A stretch of DNA of 29,641 bases from Candidatus Iainarchaeum sp. (GCA_021158055.1 JAGGVJ010000011.1:1-29641), one strand, 5' to 3'; shown: positions 18,282 through 27,594, numbered from the stretch's first letter. Made by a program: numbers and translations. The notes: a model not told the origin generated them from the letters alone.

Positions 18282-20579
18282 TCAAAGCCGTTTAATGTTC
18301 ATTTGCTTGCCGGCAAGCTTGTGGAAAAACGAGTCCTTTTCTATTTTTGCCAAAACATCTTTTCTTCCGACAATGGAACGAACCGCTTTCTTTGCAACAG
18401 GAACCGAAACATTGGCAGAAGACGCAATCTTTTTTACAGAACACACGTCGCCGCTCTTCAACGCCTTGATCATTGAATAAACCCGATTGTACTCTTTTTC
18501 AGAAACCCCGCCGAACTTTGCTGAAGAATCCGCTTTTTTTATAGATGCCTCGGCTTCCTTAAGATGCGAACTGCTCTTTTTTTCCTCAAAATGCTTTTTC
18601 ACTTTCTCTGCCTTTTCCTCAACCCTCAAAACATGCGACGCAATCCTGCCGGCTTCGCTGCCTGAAAGCTTCTTCTTGTTTCCGTCAATTTTTGCCAGCA
18701 TTTTTTCAATCTGGGGCTTTGACTTGCCGATGATTTCCGGGTGAGACGCCTTTTCAACTGACTTAATCGAATCCTTGATCTCATCAAGCTGCCTTGAAAC
18801 ATTTGCCTTCACGGACTTTGCTTCAACGGCCTGTTTCCTGACCCCCAGAAGCTGTGCTTTAAGGCTGCTCAGCGAATCCGCAAAACCGGTCGAAACTTTA
18901 GTGGAGCCCGACTCAAGCGAAACCTGTTCTTTTCTCAGTTTCAGCTTCGCGTCATCAATGTGCTTGCCGGTCTTGCTTCCTGCGCCGACAGTTGAAATCT
19001 GGTTCTTGAGGCTCCTGACTGCCTTTCTTGCCTCGTCCAGATCATGCTTTGAAACAACCGCCTTTGAAGACCCGAGATGCGACTCCATTTCAGAAAACCT
19101 TTTCTCGACTTCTTTCAGGTGGCCGGCTATCCTTGCAACCCGTGTATCCTCGCTTGACTCAAACGACTTAAAACCTGATTCAATGGACTCAAGCCTGGAC
19201 TTAAGCTCGCCCGACGAAAGCTGCCCGTGATAAACATCTGCTTCAATGTCCTTTAATTTCCCGAGAACCATCGAAACATTTTTTGAAAGGGCTTCCACTC
19301 CCTTTGAAGGCGAATCCCTTTTCATTGCCGACAAGTCCCTTGAAACACTGCCAAGCTCTTTTTTAATTGTATTTACCTGCGAATCGAAATAAACTGCCAA
19401 ATCCTTGTTGGACTTCACTGCCTGCTCTGTTGCATGAAGTTCTTTTGAAAGCTCGTCAAGGGCTTTTTTAATGTCCCTGGAATCACCCGAATCCCTGCCC
19501 TGTGCGGACAACGGCTTGAGCTTGAGGAAAATGTTGTCTTCAACACCGTTCATCTTTGACTCAAGCTTGTCAAAATGAGTTTCAAGCTCTTCTATCTCAT
19601 AAGCAAACATCTTTGACAGGTCGTCGCGGCTTTTCACCTGCTTTGAAAAAGAAGAAAACCTGTCAAGAAGAGCGCTAACCTGCGTCTTAAGAACATCAAA
19701 CTTTTCCACTGAAATGCCGCTTTTTTTAATTTGGCCCGAAAGCAAACCAAGTTCATTTTCAAACTTTTTCAGCTCGTTTGACACGCCGGCCTCGATTTCA
19801 CCGATGTTTTCAGACATCTTGGAATCCAGGTCGTCAAGTTTTAACTTGACTTCAACAAGGTCTCCCTGAAGAGACTCAGTCTTGTAGATTGACGGGATTA
19901 TCCCCTTCAGTTCAGTGTCAATTGACTCAAGCTTTGAATCCAGGCCGGAAACAGTTCTCCTCAACGCGTCCATTTTTGCCAGATGTTCCCCGGAATCACT
20001 TTCCTCAAACAAGGCCTTTTCAACAGAACTTATTTCTTCGTGAGTTTTTGCAATGGATTCTTTAATGGAAGCCATTTCAGAATCAAGCTTGTCAAAATTC
20101 AAAATACCCTTGAATTCCTCGACTTCAGAAGCAATCTTTTCAATGCCCTCGCCTTCTGATTCAAGGAAAGTGATCATCTTGTCAAGCTTTTTATCTATCG
20201 CCCTGACCGTGTCAGCAGAAGACGAACCAACGGAGTTGTCAAGTTTCCCGAGGCGTTCAAGGACTTCAACCTGCGACCTTGCGACTGCTTCAATCAGCTC
20301 TGTTGTGTCAGTGTCCTCGCTCATTGAATCAGCAGCATCCAAAAGCAGGTTCATCAAGTAATCGATTTTCTCAGACAATTCCTTGTTTTCTGAAATATTT
20401 TCATTAAGCAGTGACACGGCGTCAGAAAGATTGCTCTTTGTTTGCTGCTCGCGCAAAAGCGACTTTATTTCAGAAGCCGACTCGCTGTTTTTTACTTTCT
20501 CAAACTCCTTGAGTTTTTCCCGCAGCTTGTCTCTCCTCGACTTTCCCAATTTTGACTCAGTAACAGTTTTAGTACTCAA
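18282..20579 (-). CDS. Long coiled-coil hypothetical protein with possible C-terminal winged-helix domain
   Basis: 765 aa with heptad periodicity almost throughout; no signal peptide, TM or Walker motif; C-terminal VCSVKKIASSANVSVPVAKKAVRSI HTH-like pattern; TTG start preceded by GGTG. Confidence 0.75.
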   Translation of the reverse strand: MSTKTVTESKLGKSRRDKLREKLKEFEKVKNSESASEIKSLLREQQTKSNLSDAVSLLNENISENKELSEKIDYLMNLLLDAADSMSEDTDTTELIEAVARSQVEVLERLGKLDNSVGSSSADTVRAIDKKLDKMITFLESEGEGIEKIASEVEEFKGILNFDKLDSEMASIKESIAKTHEEISSVEKALFEESDSGEHLAKMDALRRTVSGLDSKLESIDTELKGIIPSIYKTESLQGDLVEVKLKLDDLDSKMSENIGEIEAGVSNELKKFENELGLLSGQIKKSGISVEKFDVLKTQVSALLDRFSSFSKQVKSRDDLSKMFAYEIEELETHFDKLESKMNGVEDNIFLKLKPLSAQGRDSGDSRDIKKALDELSKELHATEQAVKSNKDLAVYFDSQVNTIKKELGSVSRDLSAMKRDSPSKGVEALSKNVSMVLGKLKDIEADVYHGQLSSGELKSRLESIESGFKSFESSEDTRVARIAGHLKEVEKRFSEMESHLGSSKAVVSKHDLDEARKAVRSLKNQISTVGAGSKTGKHIDDAKLKLRKEQVSLESGSTKVSTGFADSLSSLKAQLLGVRKQAVEAKSVKANVSRQLDEIKDSIKSVEKASHPEIIGKSKPQIEKMLAKIDGNKKKLSGSEAGRIASHVLRVEEKAEKVKKHFEEKKSSSHLKEAEASIKKADSSAKFGGVSEKEYNRVYSMIKALKSGDVCSVKKIASSANVSVPVAKKAVRSIVGRKDVLAKIEKDSFFHKLAGKQMNIKRL

Positions 20580-20592
20580 TAAAACACCAGTT

Positions 20593-20661
20593 CAAATTAA
20601 AGTAAATCAAATTAAAGTAAATACATTACCCAAACTAAAATAAAGTAAATGCCTTTATAAA
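20593..20661 (-). promoter_or_regulatory. TATA box (TTTATAAA, 20654-20661) with downstream direct repeats
   Basis: CAAATTAAAGTAAAT x2 (20593-20622, + strand) and a third TAAAGTAAAT (20641-20650) between the TATA box and the start codon. Confidence 0.5.
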
Positions 20662-20755
20662 TTATTTGCTTTTTTCAAACTAAAAACAATGCAAAGAACA
20701 CAAAAACCAGAAAAAATGTAACTACTTGAAAGTGGTTAACTGCCTGTTTGCTGGT

Positions 20756-21511
20756 TCACTCAATATTCGTCTCACCATTGTCCGGCATACGGGTCCAAAA
20801 AAACCATATGCCAAGGGACACAAGTATCATGCCTTCCCGCCAGATAAATATGTGGAAAAGGTCAAATACCCAGTAACCAATGTCGTGGACACCCATCATT
20901 ATTGTGGTAATTCTGACTACATTTGCAAAGTAAATCAGCGGAACACCAATCAGAAGGCCAAAAAGTTTTTTTCTAAAGCCTGCAAACGGATACCCGACGA
21001 TTAAACCGATCACCGCAAGAATGCTTATGTAGCCAACGCATTCCCTTACTATCGAGCTTCTGAAAACTGCCTGGTTTTCGTTAGAGTCCCTGAATTCCAT
21101 TACTATTGTGGGGCCCTCTTCCCCCCATTTTACATCGCTTTCCTCAAGCGCGTTGACAATGGCAGCCCTGGACTCGTCAGTGTACGCCAGAACAGCAATA
21201 AACACATCGCCGTTCTTTTGAATCAAGGGGTCTTCGCTTGCCGAAAGGGCAATTACTTTTGACACCGCTCCGTTTGAAAAATCTTTCTTCTCAAACTCGA
21301 CAATCAGATTCTTGTCTTCAAAAGTTGAAGGATAGCCGACCATGTTAAGCAGCAAAGTCGAATGAACTGACACAAGCTCTCTTACCTGGGGTATGTCCAG
21401 CTGGGAATTGGAAATAAAAAACACGACAGCTCCGAAAAAAGCCATCACCACCAAAAAAGAAAGCACATTTAGCAAAAATTTATCTTTTTTTTCAAGCCTC
21501 AAGTCAACCAA
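20756..21511 (-). CDS. Archaeosortase/exosortase family membrane transpeptidase
   Basis: Multi-TM protein with IVRECVG (Cys), ANVVRI (Arg) and FDLFH (His) in family order. Start probably TTG 21511 after GGGTG (ORF track starts at 21529). Confidence 0.85.
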   Translation of the reverse strand: MVDLRLEKKDKFLLNVLSFLVVMAFFGAVVFFISNSQLDIPQVRELVSVHSTLLLNMVGYPSTFEDKNLIVEFEKKDFSNGAVSKVIALSASEDPLIQKNGDVFIAVLAYTDESRAAIVNALEESDVKWGEEGPTIVMEFRDSNENQAVFRSSIVRECVGYISILAVIGLIVGYPFAGFRKKLFGLLIGVPLIYFANVVRITTIMMGVHDIGYWVFDLFHIFIWREGMILVSLGIWFFWTRMPDNGETNIE

Positions 21512-21586
21512 AAAAACACCCATCCACAAAAAAAATAATAATGTAATCGTATATTAACATTGCGACTGAACCAAACCCCAAAGTAA

Positions 21587-21680
21587 CTGCAACACCTCAA
21601 CAAATCCGCTGCAACAACAAACTGCTGCAACCTTATGCTGCAACCTTATTTTAGTTCCTGTATGAAAATGTATATATACA
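21587..21680 (+). promoter_or_regulatory. Divergent promoter region: CTGCAAC repeats plus BRE/TATA
   Basis: CTGCAAC x4, including tandem TGCTGCAACCTTA x2 (21623-21648), then GAAAA and the palindrome TGTATATATACA (21669-21680). Confidence 0.5.
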
Positions 21681-21780
21681 AACATCCATTTAGTTCATTC
21701 AGACTTGCGGCACCATACAAAAATACAACACAAAAAAATCATTAATCAACAGGGAAAAACCACTTCAAAAGGGAATCAAC

Positions 21781-22647
21781 ATGTTTTGCAGGAAAAGAAA
21801 AACTGTCTTAAGAGGGCTTTCAAACATAATATCATTTACTTTGCTGGTCTTCATTGCAGTGGTGCTTGTCGCAGGAATTTACGCATGGTCAAACAATCTT
21901 CTGACAACATACACGTCAAAACTTGACAGGGAAAGCACAGACACATACAAATCACTCCAGTCATCCATTACGCTGTCCCTTCCGGCATACGCGCGCGAAA
22001 ACAAACCCTACTACGCAGTGGCATACAACAACGGCAACTTCGGAGTCAAAAAACTGCGCGCAACACTCTACAAAAACTCCGGGGGAACAGAAACACCCAC
22101 AATACTTGACGAAAACCACACCGTCGCAACCACACTGAACACAGGGAAAACCGTGCTTCTGAAATTTGACTCCTACAAGCCAAAACAAGGCGACCAACTG
22201 GTTCTCTGGAGCGCAGAATACATGGCAAGGCAAACTTACAAAAGCGACATTGAATTCGTGCTTGCGTCCGGAAACGAACAAAGCACGCCGTCAAAAACAG
22301 ATGTTGACAGCGTTGATTCAAACAAGTTGGCTCTTTCAAACAACTCAAACTGCGTGGCAGCAAACACATTCGAATGGGACCTTGGAACAACAGAACCGAA
22401 AATTGACAGCATTTTCCTTGACGCGTACCTTGACGTGAACGCTTCAAGCACCATTGAAATACGCGACCAAAACGATGTGCTTGTCGAAACAGACACAGTG
22501 CAAACCCAAACCTCAGCCCACTACACTTACAACATTTCAGGCGCAGACACCTCAACACCCGCGACTTTCAAGATATGCATAAAAGAAACAAGCGGAAACC
22601 AGTTAAACATTAATTACTTAAAACCGGTGGTCATCTATGAACAGTAA
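21781..22647 (+). CDS. Type IV pilin-like protein with extra C-terminal beta domain
   Basis: VLRG/LSNIISFTLLVFIAVVLVAGIYAWS class III signal; AYNNGN motif; 288 aa. Confidence 0.8.
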   Translation: MFCRKRKTVLRGLSNIISFTLLVFIAVVLVAGIYAWSNNLLTTYTSKLDRESTDTYKSLQSSITLSLPAYARENKPYYAVAYNNGNFGVKKLRATLYKNSGGTETPTILDENHTVATTLNTGKTVLLKFDSYKPKQGDQLVLWSAEYMARQTYKSDIEFVLASGNEQSTPSKTDVDSVDSNKLALSNNSNCVAANTFEWDLGTTEPKIDSIFLDAYLDVNASSTIEIRDQNDVLVETDTVQTQTSAHYTYNISGADTSTPATFKICIKETSGNQLNINYLKPVVIYEQ

Positions 22648-23110
22648 AAAAAGCCGGAGCAAAGCCCTTTTCGGTAAAAGGGGACAGTCGCAAATGATTG
22701 CCTTTCCAATCCTGTTCGCAATACTTTTGGTCACGTGGGTTCTTTTAACTTACAGCTTTTACGACTCCTCAAACAACTCCCAAAAAGCACTAAACGAGCT
22801 CAACGACCGCCACAGGATCGAAATCCATTCCTCGTTTTCAGCCGAAAACCTGCCAGGTCCGACCAGTTCAGGCGGGCATGTAAAAAACAGCGGGGAAATC
22901 ACTTTCACAAACACAAACGCAATACTCGTGCCGTTCGACGGCTCAAATTCAACTCACTCAAAAAACCTTGGAAGGATAATCCCGAAACAAACAAAAGCAG
23001 TGTCTTTTGACCCTGCAACCATAACTTACGGAGACATTGTAATTCTCAGGTCAGTGCAAACGCACCTCGTGTCAAACATCCTGCCGCTTGAAAACAAAGC
23101 AAGCGGGTGA
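22637..23110 (+). CDS. Type IV pilin-like protein (KRG/Q class III signal)
   Basis: GKRG/QSQMIAFPILFAILLVTWVLL; VKNSGE motif; overlaps the upstream gene; SD GGTGG. Confidence 0.8.
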   Translation: MNSKKSRSKALFGKRGQSQMIAFPILFAILLVTWVLLTYSFYDSSNNSQKALNELNDRHRIEIHSSFSAENLPGPTSSGGHVKNSGEITFTNTNAILVPFDGSNSTHSKNLGRIIPKQTKAVSFDPATITYGDIVILRSVQTHLVSNILPLENKASG

Positions 23111-23266
23111 AAATAACGTTAAACGGATAACCTAAAAAATAACCTGAACTTTTATTCAGGAACAAAAGATGAAACAGATAGAAACAGGTCAACAGATAAT
23201 GTTTTTTTCAAAAAACAAAAAACATTTATAAACAACATGAAACTTTCAATAATTCAGGGCGAGATT

Positions 23267-25108
23267 ATGTCAAAAAAAACAATTTCACTAACGCAGACTA
23301 AAAAAAAACAGCCGGCCAAACAAAGATACGCATCCAAAACCGAAAAATCAGGTGTTAGAAGAAAGAAAAGACAAGAAAAACAAGCTGATCTAAAAATCGA
23401 AACCAAGGTAATACCTGAAAAAAACCTTGAATTCAAGTTATTTAATGAAGAAGCCCTTAAACTGCAGACACTGAACAAAACATCAACAATCAATAAAACA
23501 GCAATCAAAATTAAAAAAACTGACCTTGCCAAAAACAAGGTAAAAGCAATAAAAGAAAAACACGCTGACAAAAAATTTCTTGGCTCGACCGACTCAAAGT
23601 TTTTGGAATCGCTTGAAAACAAAATGAAAGCAAACCTTGTGGAAATCGAAAACTACGAAGTGCTCAAAGACACAGTGACAGTCAAAATAGTCAGCGAAGA
23701 AGGAAACTTTTATTACCTCATAAAAGAACCGCCTCTTTCAAAAAGCGAAACTGCATTGCTTGAACTGTTAAAAGAGTCGATAATACAGCTCTCGGAAGGC
23801 ACAAAGCAGCCGATCAACCAGCAGATAGACCAGGCAACCAAACGGTTCATGATCCCCATTCCAAACGAATCCCTTGAAAAAATAAAATACTTCATAAGGC
23901 GCGATTTTCTCGGGTACGGAATCATTGACGCCATAATGCATGACCCGCAAATAGAAGACATCAGCTGCAACGGGACACAAAGCCAGATCTATGTGCATCA
24001 CAGAAAATACGGTTCAATTGAAACAAACATCGGCTTTGACGAGCTGGAACAACTGAAATCATACGTTGTAAGGCTCTCCCAACAGTGCAACAAATTCATC
24101 TCCTTTGCAGAACCGCTCATGGACGGGACCCTGCCTGACGGAAGCAGGGTGCAAAGCACCTACGGCGCAGGAATAACCGTAAACGGCCCGACTTTTTCAA
24201 TAAGGAAAATCACAAAAACACCGCTGACTCCGCTGGACCTTATCCGGTTCAAGACACTGAGCCCTGAAATGGTTGCTTATTTCTGGCTTGTCATTGAAAA
24301 CAAAATGAACATGCTGATAAGCGGGGGAACAGCAACAGGAAAAACCGCAATGCTTAACTCGCTTGCAATGTTCATCCCTGAAAACCTCAAGATAGTTTCA
24401 GTGGAAGACACTTCCGAACTGAACTTAATCCACAAAAACTGGATTCATTCAATCTCAAGGCCCGGTTACGGGCCGGCTGACGCACAAGGAAACCGCTACG
24501 GTGAAGTTTCTCTTTTTGACCTCGTGAAAGCATCTTTAAGGCAAAGGCCTGATTACCTGATAGTAGGTGAAGTCAGGGGACAGGAAGCATACACTCTTTT
24601 TCAGGGAATGGCAACAGGACACGCCGGACTCGGAACATTTCACGCAAAATCACTTGAGTCAATCATTGACAGGCTTACAATGCCCCCAATAAACCTGCCT
24701 TCTTCCCTGCTGGAACTCCTGGATGTCGTTGCAATCCAGACACTTGCGCCTGAATACGGAAACAACGCAAGAAGAAGCCAGAAAGTGCTTGAAATTGCAA
24801 AAATAAGTAAAACTCACGCTTATTCAAACACTGTTTTTGAATGGAAGCCTGCCAAAGACAACTACACAATAAACAAAAAAAGCCTGAATCTGGAAAAAAT
24901 CGCCCATCATCGCGGCATGACTTACCCGGAAATAAAAAAAGAACTCAAAAGGCGCGCGAAGTTCCTTAAAGCAATGTCTGATAAAAAAGTGGACTTTGAA
25001 AAGTTCAACACCCACTTGAGAAACTACAGGAGAGACCCTGAAAACACCCTGGACAGACTCAAGGGAAAGACCAACGCCCTAAAAAAAGTTAAAGGAAAGA
25101 TTAAATGA
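23267..25108 (+). CDS. Type II/IV secretion system ATPase (VirB11/TadA/FlaI family)
   Basis: DPQIEDISCNG, LPDGSRVQ, FSIRK, Walker A GGTATGKT, VEDTSEL, RQRPDYLIVGEVRG, TGH..TFHA. TATA TTTATAAA at 23225-23232 favours ATG 23267 over 23237. Confidence 0.95.
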   Translation: MSKKTISLTQTKKKQPAKQRYASKTEKSGVRRKKRQEKQADLKIETKVIPEKNLEFKLFNEEALKLQTLNKTSTINKTAIKIKKTDLAKNKVKAIKEKHADKKFLGSTDSKFLESLENKMKANLVEIENYEVLKDTVTVKIVSEEGNFYYLIKEPPLSKSETALLELLKESIIQLSEGTKQPINQQIDQATKRFMIPIPNESLEKIKYFIRRDFLGYGIIDAIMHDPQIEDISCNGTQSQIYVHHRKYGSIETNIGFDELEQLKSYVVRLSQQCNKFISFAEPLMDGTLPDGSRVQSTYGAGITVNGPTFSIRKITKTPLTPLDLIRFKTLSPEMVAYFWLVIENKMNMLISGGTATGKTAMLNSLAMFIPENLKIVSVEDTSELNLIHKNWIHSISRPGYGPADAQGNRYGEVSLFDLVKASLRQRPDYLIVGEVRGQEAYTLFQGMATGHAGLGTFHAKSLESIIDRLTMPPINLPSSLLELLDVVAIQTLAPEYGNNARRSQKVLEIAKISKTHAYSNTVFEWKPAKDNYTINKKSLNLEKIAHHRGMTYPEIKKELKRRAKFLKAMSDKKVDFEKFNTHLRNYRRDPENTLDRLKGKTNALKKVKGKIK

Positions 25109-25962
25109 AGTTCTTTCAACAATGCCATGCCCTGCTCAGGAAACCAAAAATAACTGCGTTTAGCGAACTCAACAAGCCGATATTTAAATCAAACATAGGT
25201 TCAACCCCCTACGAATTCAAGGCCGGGCTTGTGGTTATTCCCATACTGACTTTTATTTTCACTGCCGCAGTTTCAACCCTGATAGCCATCACAGTATTCA
25301 GTATCAAACCAGACATGATATTAGTACTTTTAATCTCCACTGTTTTTTTCCTTATCTCCTTTGTTTTTGTCTATTACTACCCTGAAGAAATAATTTCCAC
25401 AAGAAACAGGAAAATAAACAGCAACCTGCCGTACGCGCTAAACTACATGTCTGCGATAATTGACGCGGGAGTAACTCCCCTCGGTTCTTTCAAAACCCTT
25501 TCCGAACTAAGTTACGGCGAAGTAAGCATCGAGTCAAAAAAACTCGTGTCCGGCACAAACCTGGGCCAGGACATGATAACCGCAATGGATGAAAGAATAA
25601 ACTACTCGCCTTCAAAAAGATGGGCAGACATATTAAACTCGCTGAAAATATCTGTCCAGTCCGGGGGAAACATCCGCCAAATGCTCGCGCAAAAAGCACA
25701 GGGGGAGCAAAAAAACCTTAGTCTTGAAATAAGCAAATATCTTGTGAAAGTCGAGACAATAACAACATTTTACATCACATTATTTGTGCTTGTGCCTCTT
25801 TTGATTCTTTTGATGGCTGCAATATTCAATGTCATAAACAGTGCTCTTGACCTGGGCGGGGACATGACATTCACAATAACAGTCCTGATATTCTTTGTCT
25901 TGCCTGCCGCAAACATGATATTTTTCATCCTGCTCAGGACAAACAGGCCAGAGGTGTTTTAA
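25105..25962 (+). CDS. Type II secretion system F / TadC-FlaJ family pilus platform protein 1
   Basis: Two TMs, INSNLPYALNYMSA..G, YGEVS.E, SPS..W, SGG, two C-terminal TMs; ATGA-type overlap with the ATPase stop region. Confidence 0.9.
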   Translation: MKFFQQCHALLRKPKITAFSELNKPIFKSNIGSTPYEFKAGLVVIPILTFIFTAAVSTLIAITVFSIKPDMILVLLISTVFFLISFVFVYYYPEEIISTRNRKINSNLPYALNYMSAIIDAGVTPLGSFKTLSELSYGEVSIESKKLVSGTNLGQDMITAMDERINYSPSKRWADILNSLKISVQSGGNIRQMLAQKAQGEQKNLSLEISKYLVKVETITTFYITLFVLVPLLILLMAAIFNVINSALDLGGDMTFTITVLIFFVLPAANMIFFILLRTNRPEVF

Positions 25963-27186
25963 GTGCACAGAAAAACCGCAAGAATACTCATCTTTTCAGC
26001 TTTGAACGCAGTCATCATTCTTCTGGCAGACATTTTCTGGTTCAACATGGAATACTTTGAACTAATGATATTTGCAGGGATAGTCATAACAATCGCTCCG
26101 GCGGCAATAGTGAATTTTCACCACTCTTCAGTAATTAAAAAAAGAGAAAAAGAATTCCCAAAAGTATTAAGCGACTTATCCCACTCGCTTGAAACCGAAA
26201 TGACCATCACCCAAGCAGTGGAGCTGGTAAGTAAAAGTGATTTCGGCGAGCTTGACCCGCAAATAGAGCGTTTGAAATACCGATTAACTGAAATGCACAT
26301 GCCTTTTAACCAGGCATTTGAAATTTTTGGAAAAGAAACAGAAAGCACTGAAATCAAGCAGTCAATCAAGGCAATTATCGGTGCGTACAACGACGGCGGA
26401 AACCTAAAAAAAGTTTTCGCTTCCATTTCAGAAAGTTCAAGGCAACTGACTACCCTGAAACTAAAACGCGAAAACAGGGCTTACACCCACATCCTTGTCG
26501 CTTACGTGATTTTTTTTATTTTCCTTGCAATAGTAATCGGTTTGACAGTTACATTTGCGGCGCTGACTAAAACAGACATGGACATTAACTTTGAAACCCA
26601 CGTAGGAAACCTGATTCCAGAAGAGTTTTCAATGCTTTTGTCAGAATCAGGCCAGACAATAAAACTATTCAAAGAAACAGGAATAGAACAAAAAATAACA
26701 GCCATCGTGAACAAAACACTTGAACCCGGCGAACCGGTGCCAAAAGGGCACAACAAAGATGACTTCCTGTTCATATTTGTCTCCCCGGACAAAGACCTGT
26801 CAATCCTTGACAAAGTGGAATACGCAGGAACAGACTACGAAATAACCGAACTTGTCGGGGCTTTAAAAGACGCTGACGGGGAAATGGTTTACTTAAAATA
26901 CGCGCTGAAAAAAACCAGGGAAGAAATACAACAAAGCCTGCTTAAAGAAAACGAAGAAATGCTCATGGGCGACATAGACAATGCATTCGGTGGTTTTTCA
27001 GACTTTCAGTACTTGTTTTTCGGCTTGAACATCATTATCGGAATATTCCTCGGCCTCTTCATCGGTGAAATAAACGAGGGAAGCTTCATTCTCGGCTTGA
27101 AACACAGCGCGATATTTGTCACCACCACAATAATCGCATTCTCATCAATTGACCTGGTCACTGAATTAATCGTGGGACTTATCTGA
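25963..27186 (+). CDS. TadC/FlaJ family platform protein 2 with a large inserted loop domain
   Basis: EKEFPKVLSDL, DFGEL, MPFNQAF, DGGNL, TM, about 145-aa soluble insert, GLFIGEINEGSFILGLKHS; GTG start with SD GAGGTG. Confidence 0.88.
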   Translation: MHRKTARILIFSALNAVIILLADIFWFNMEYFELMIFAGIVITIAPAAIVNFHHSSVIKKREKEFPKVLSDLSHSLETEMTITQAVELVSKSDFGELDPQIERLKYRLTEMHMPFNQAFEIFGKETESTEIKQSIKAIIGAYNDGGNLKKVFASISESSRQLTTLKLKRENRAYTHILVAYVIFFIFLAIVIGLTVTFAALTKTDMDINFETHVGNLIPEEFSMLLSESGQTIKLFKETGIEQKITAIVNKTLEPGEPVPKGHNKDDFLFIFVSPDKDLSILDKVEYAGTDYEITELVGALKDADGEMVYLKYALKKTREEIQQSLLKENEEMLMGDIDNAFGGFSDFQYLFFGLNIIIGIFLGLFIGEINEGSFILGLKHSAIFVTTTIIAFSSIDLVTELIVGLI

Positions 27187-27440
27187 TTTTATCCCTTGCA
27201 TGGGTAAAACAATTATCTGACAGCACTTGACAGATTGCTGCAACATAAATACACGCGCACAACCCCCGTAACACAACCCACTGCTGCACAAGCCACTGTA
27301 ACACAAAACTGCATGGCTTACGCTAAAGCCAATAGCCTTCAGATAAACAGGAAAAACCATTAAACAGTAAACAAATCAAAAACAGTGCTAAAAACAAAAA
27401 AAATGCACAAAAAAGCATAAAGAAAAAGTTAAAAAATAAG

Positions 27441-27565
27441 TGTTTGGCAACGTCATGAAGTTCCCGCTTGCTCACGCAAAGCAGTACAATTCAAATCGCT
27501 GATGAACTTAACTTCTGAGTTCGAGACGAGTTCAGGTGTTGCTCCAACGCTATGATCGCCAAACA
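27441..27565 (-). rRNA. rrf: 5S ribosomal RNA (stand-alone)
   Basis: Reverse complement UGUUUGGCGAUCAUAGCG...ACACCUGAACUCGUCUCGAACUCAGAAGUUAAG...GUACUG...GGGAAC...GCCAAACA; terminal helix UGUUUGGC/GCCAAACA; about 125 nt; T-tracts downstream. Confidence 0.93.
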
Positions 27566-27586
27566 TACCTAATACGGCATTACTCG

Positions 27587-27594
27587 TATTTAAA
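27587..27594 (-). promoter_or_regulatory. TATA box (TTTAAATA) of the 5S rRNA gene
   Basis: Consensus box 22-29 nt upstream of the 5S 5' end. Confidence 0.75.

Noticed and set aside
18282-20579. Second SMC/Rad50 or chemoreceptor
   Set aside because: No Walker A/B, signature, hinge, zinc hook or MCP hairpin motif.
16926-27186. Archaellum (fla/arl) operon
   Set aside because: No FlaH, FlaC/D/E or recognisable archaellin domain; two short TadC-type genes fit a pilus. A FlaG/FlaF-like role for 21781 and 22637 is not excluded.
27166-27360. 64-aa minus-strand ORF downstream of 5S
   Set aside because: Derived from low-complexity intergenic sequence, overlaps the TadC end, no motif.
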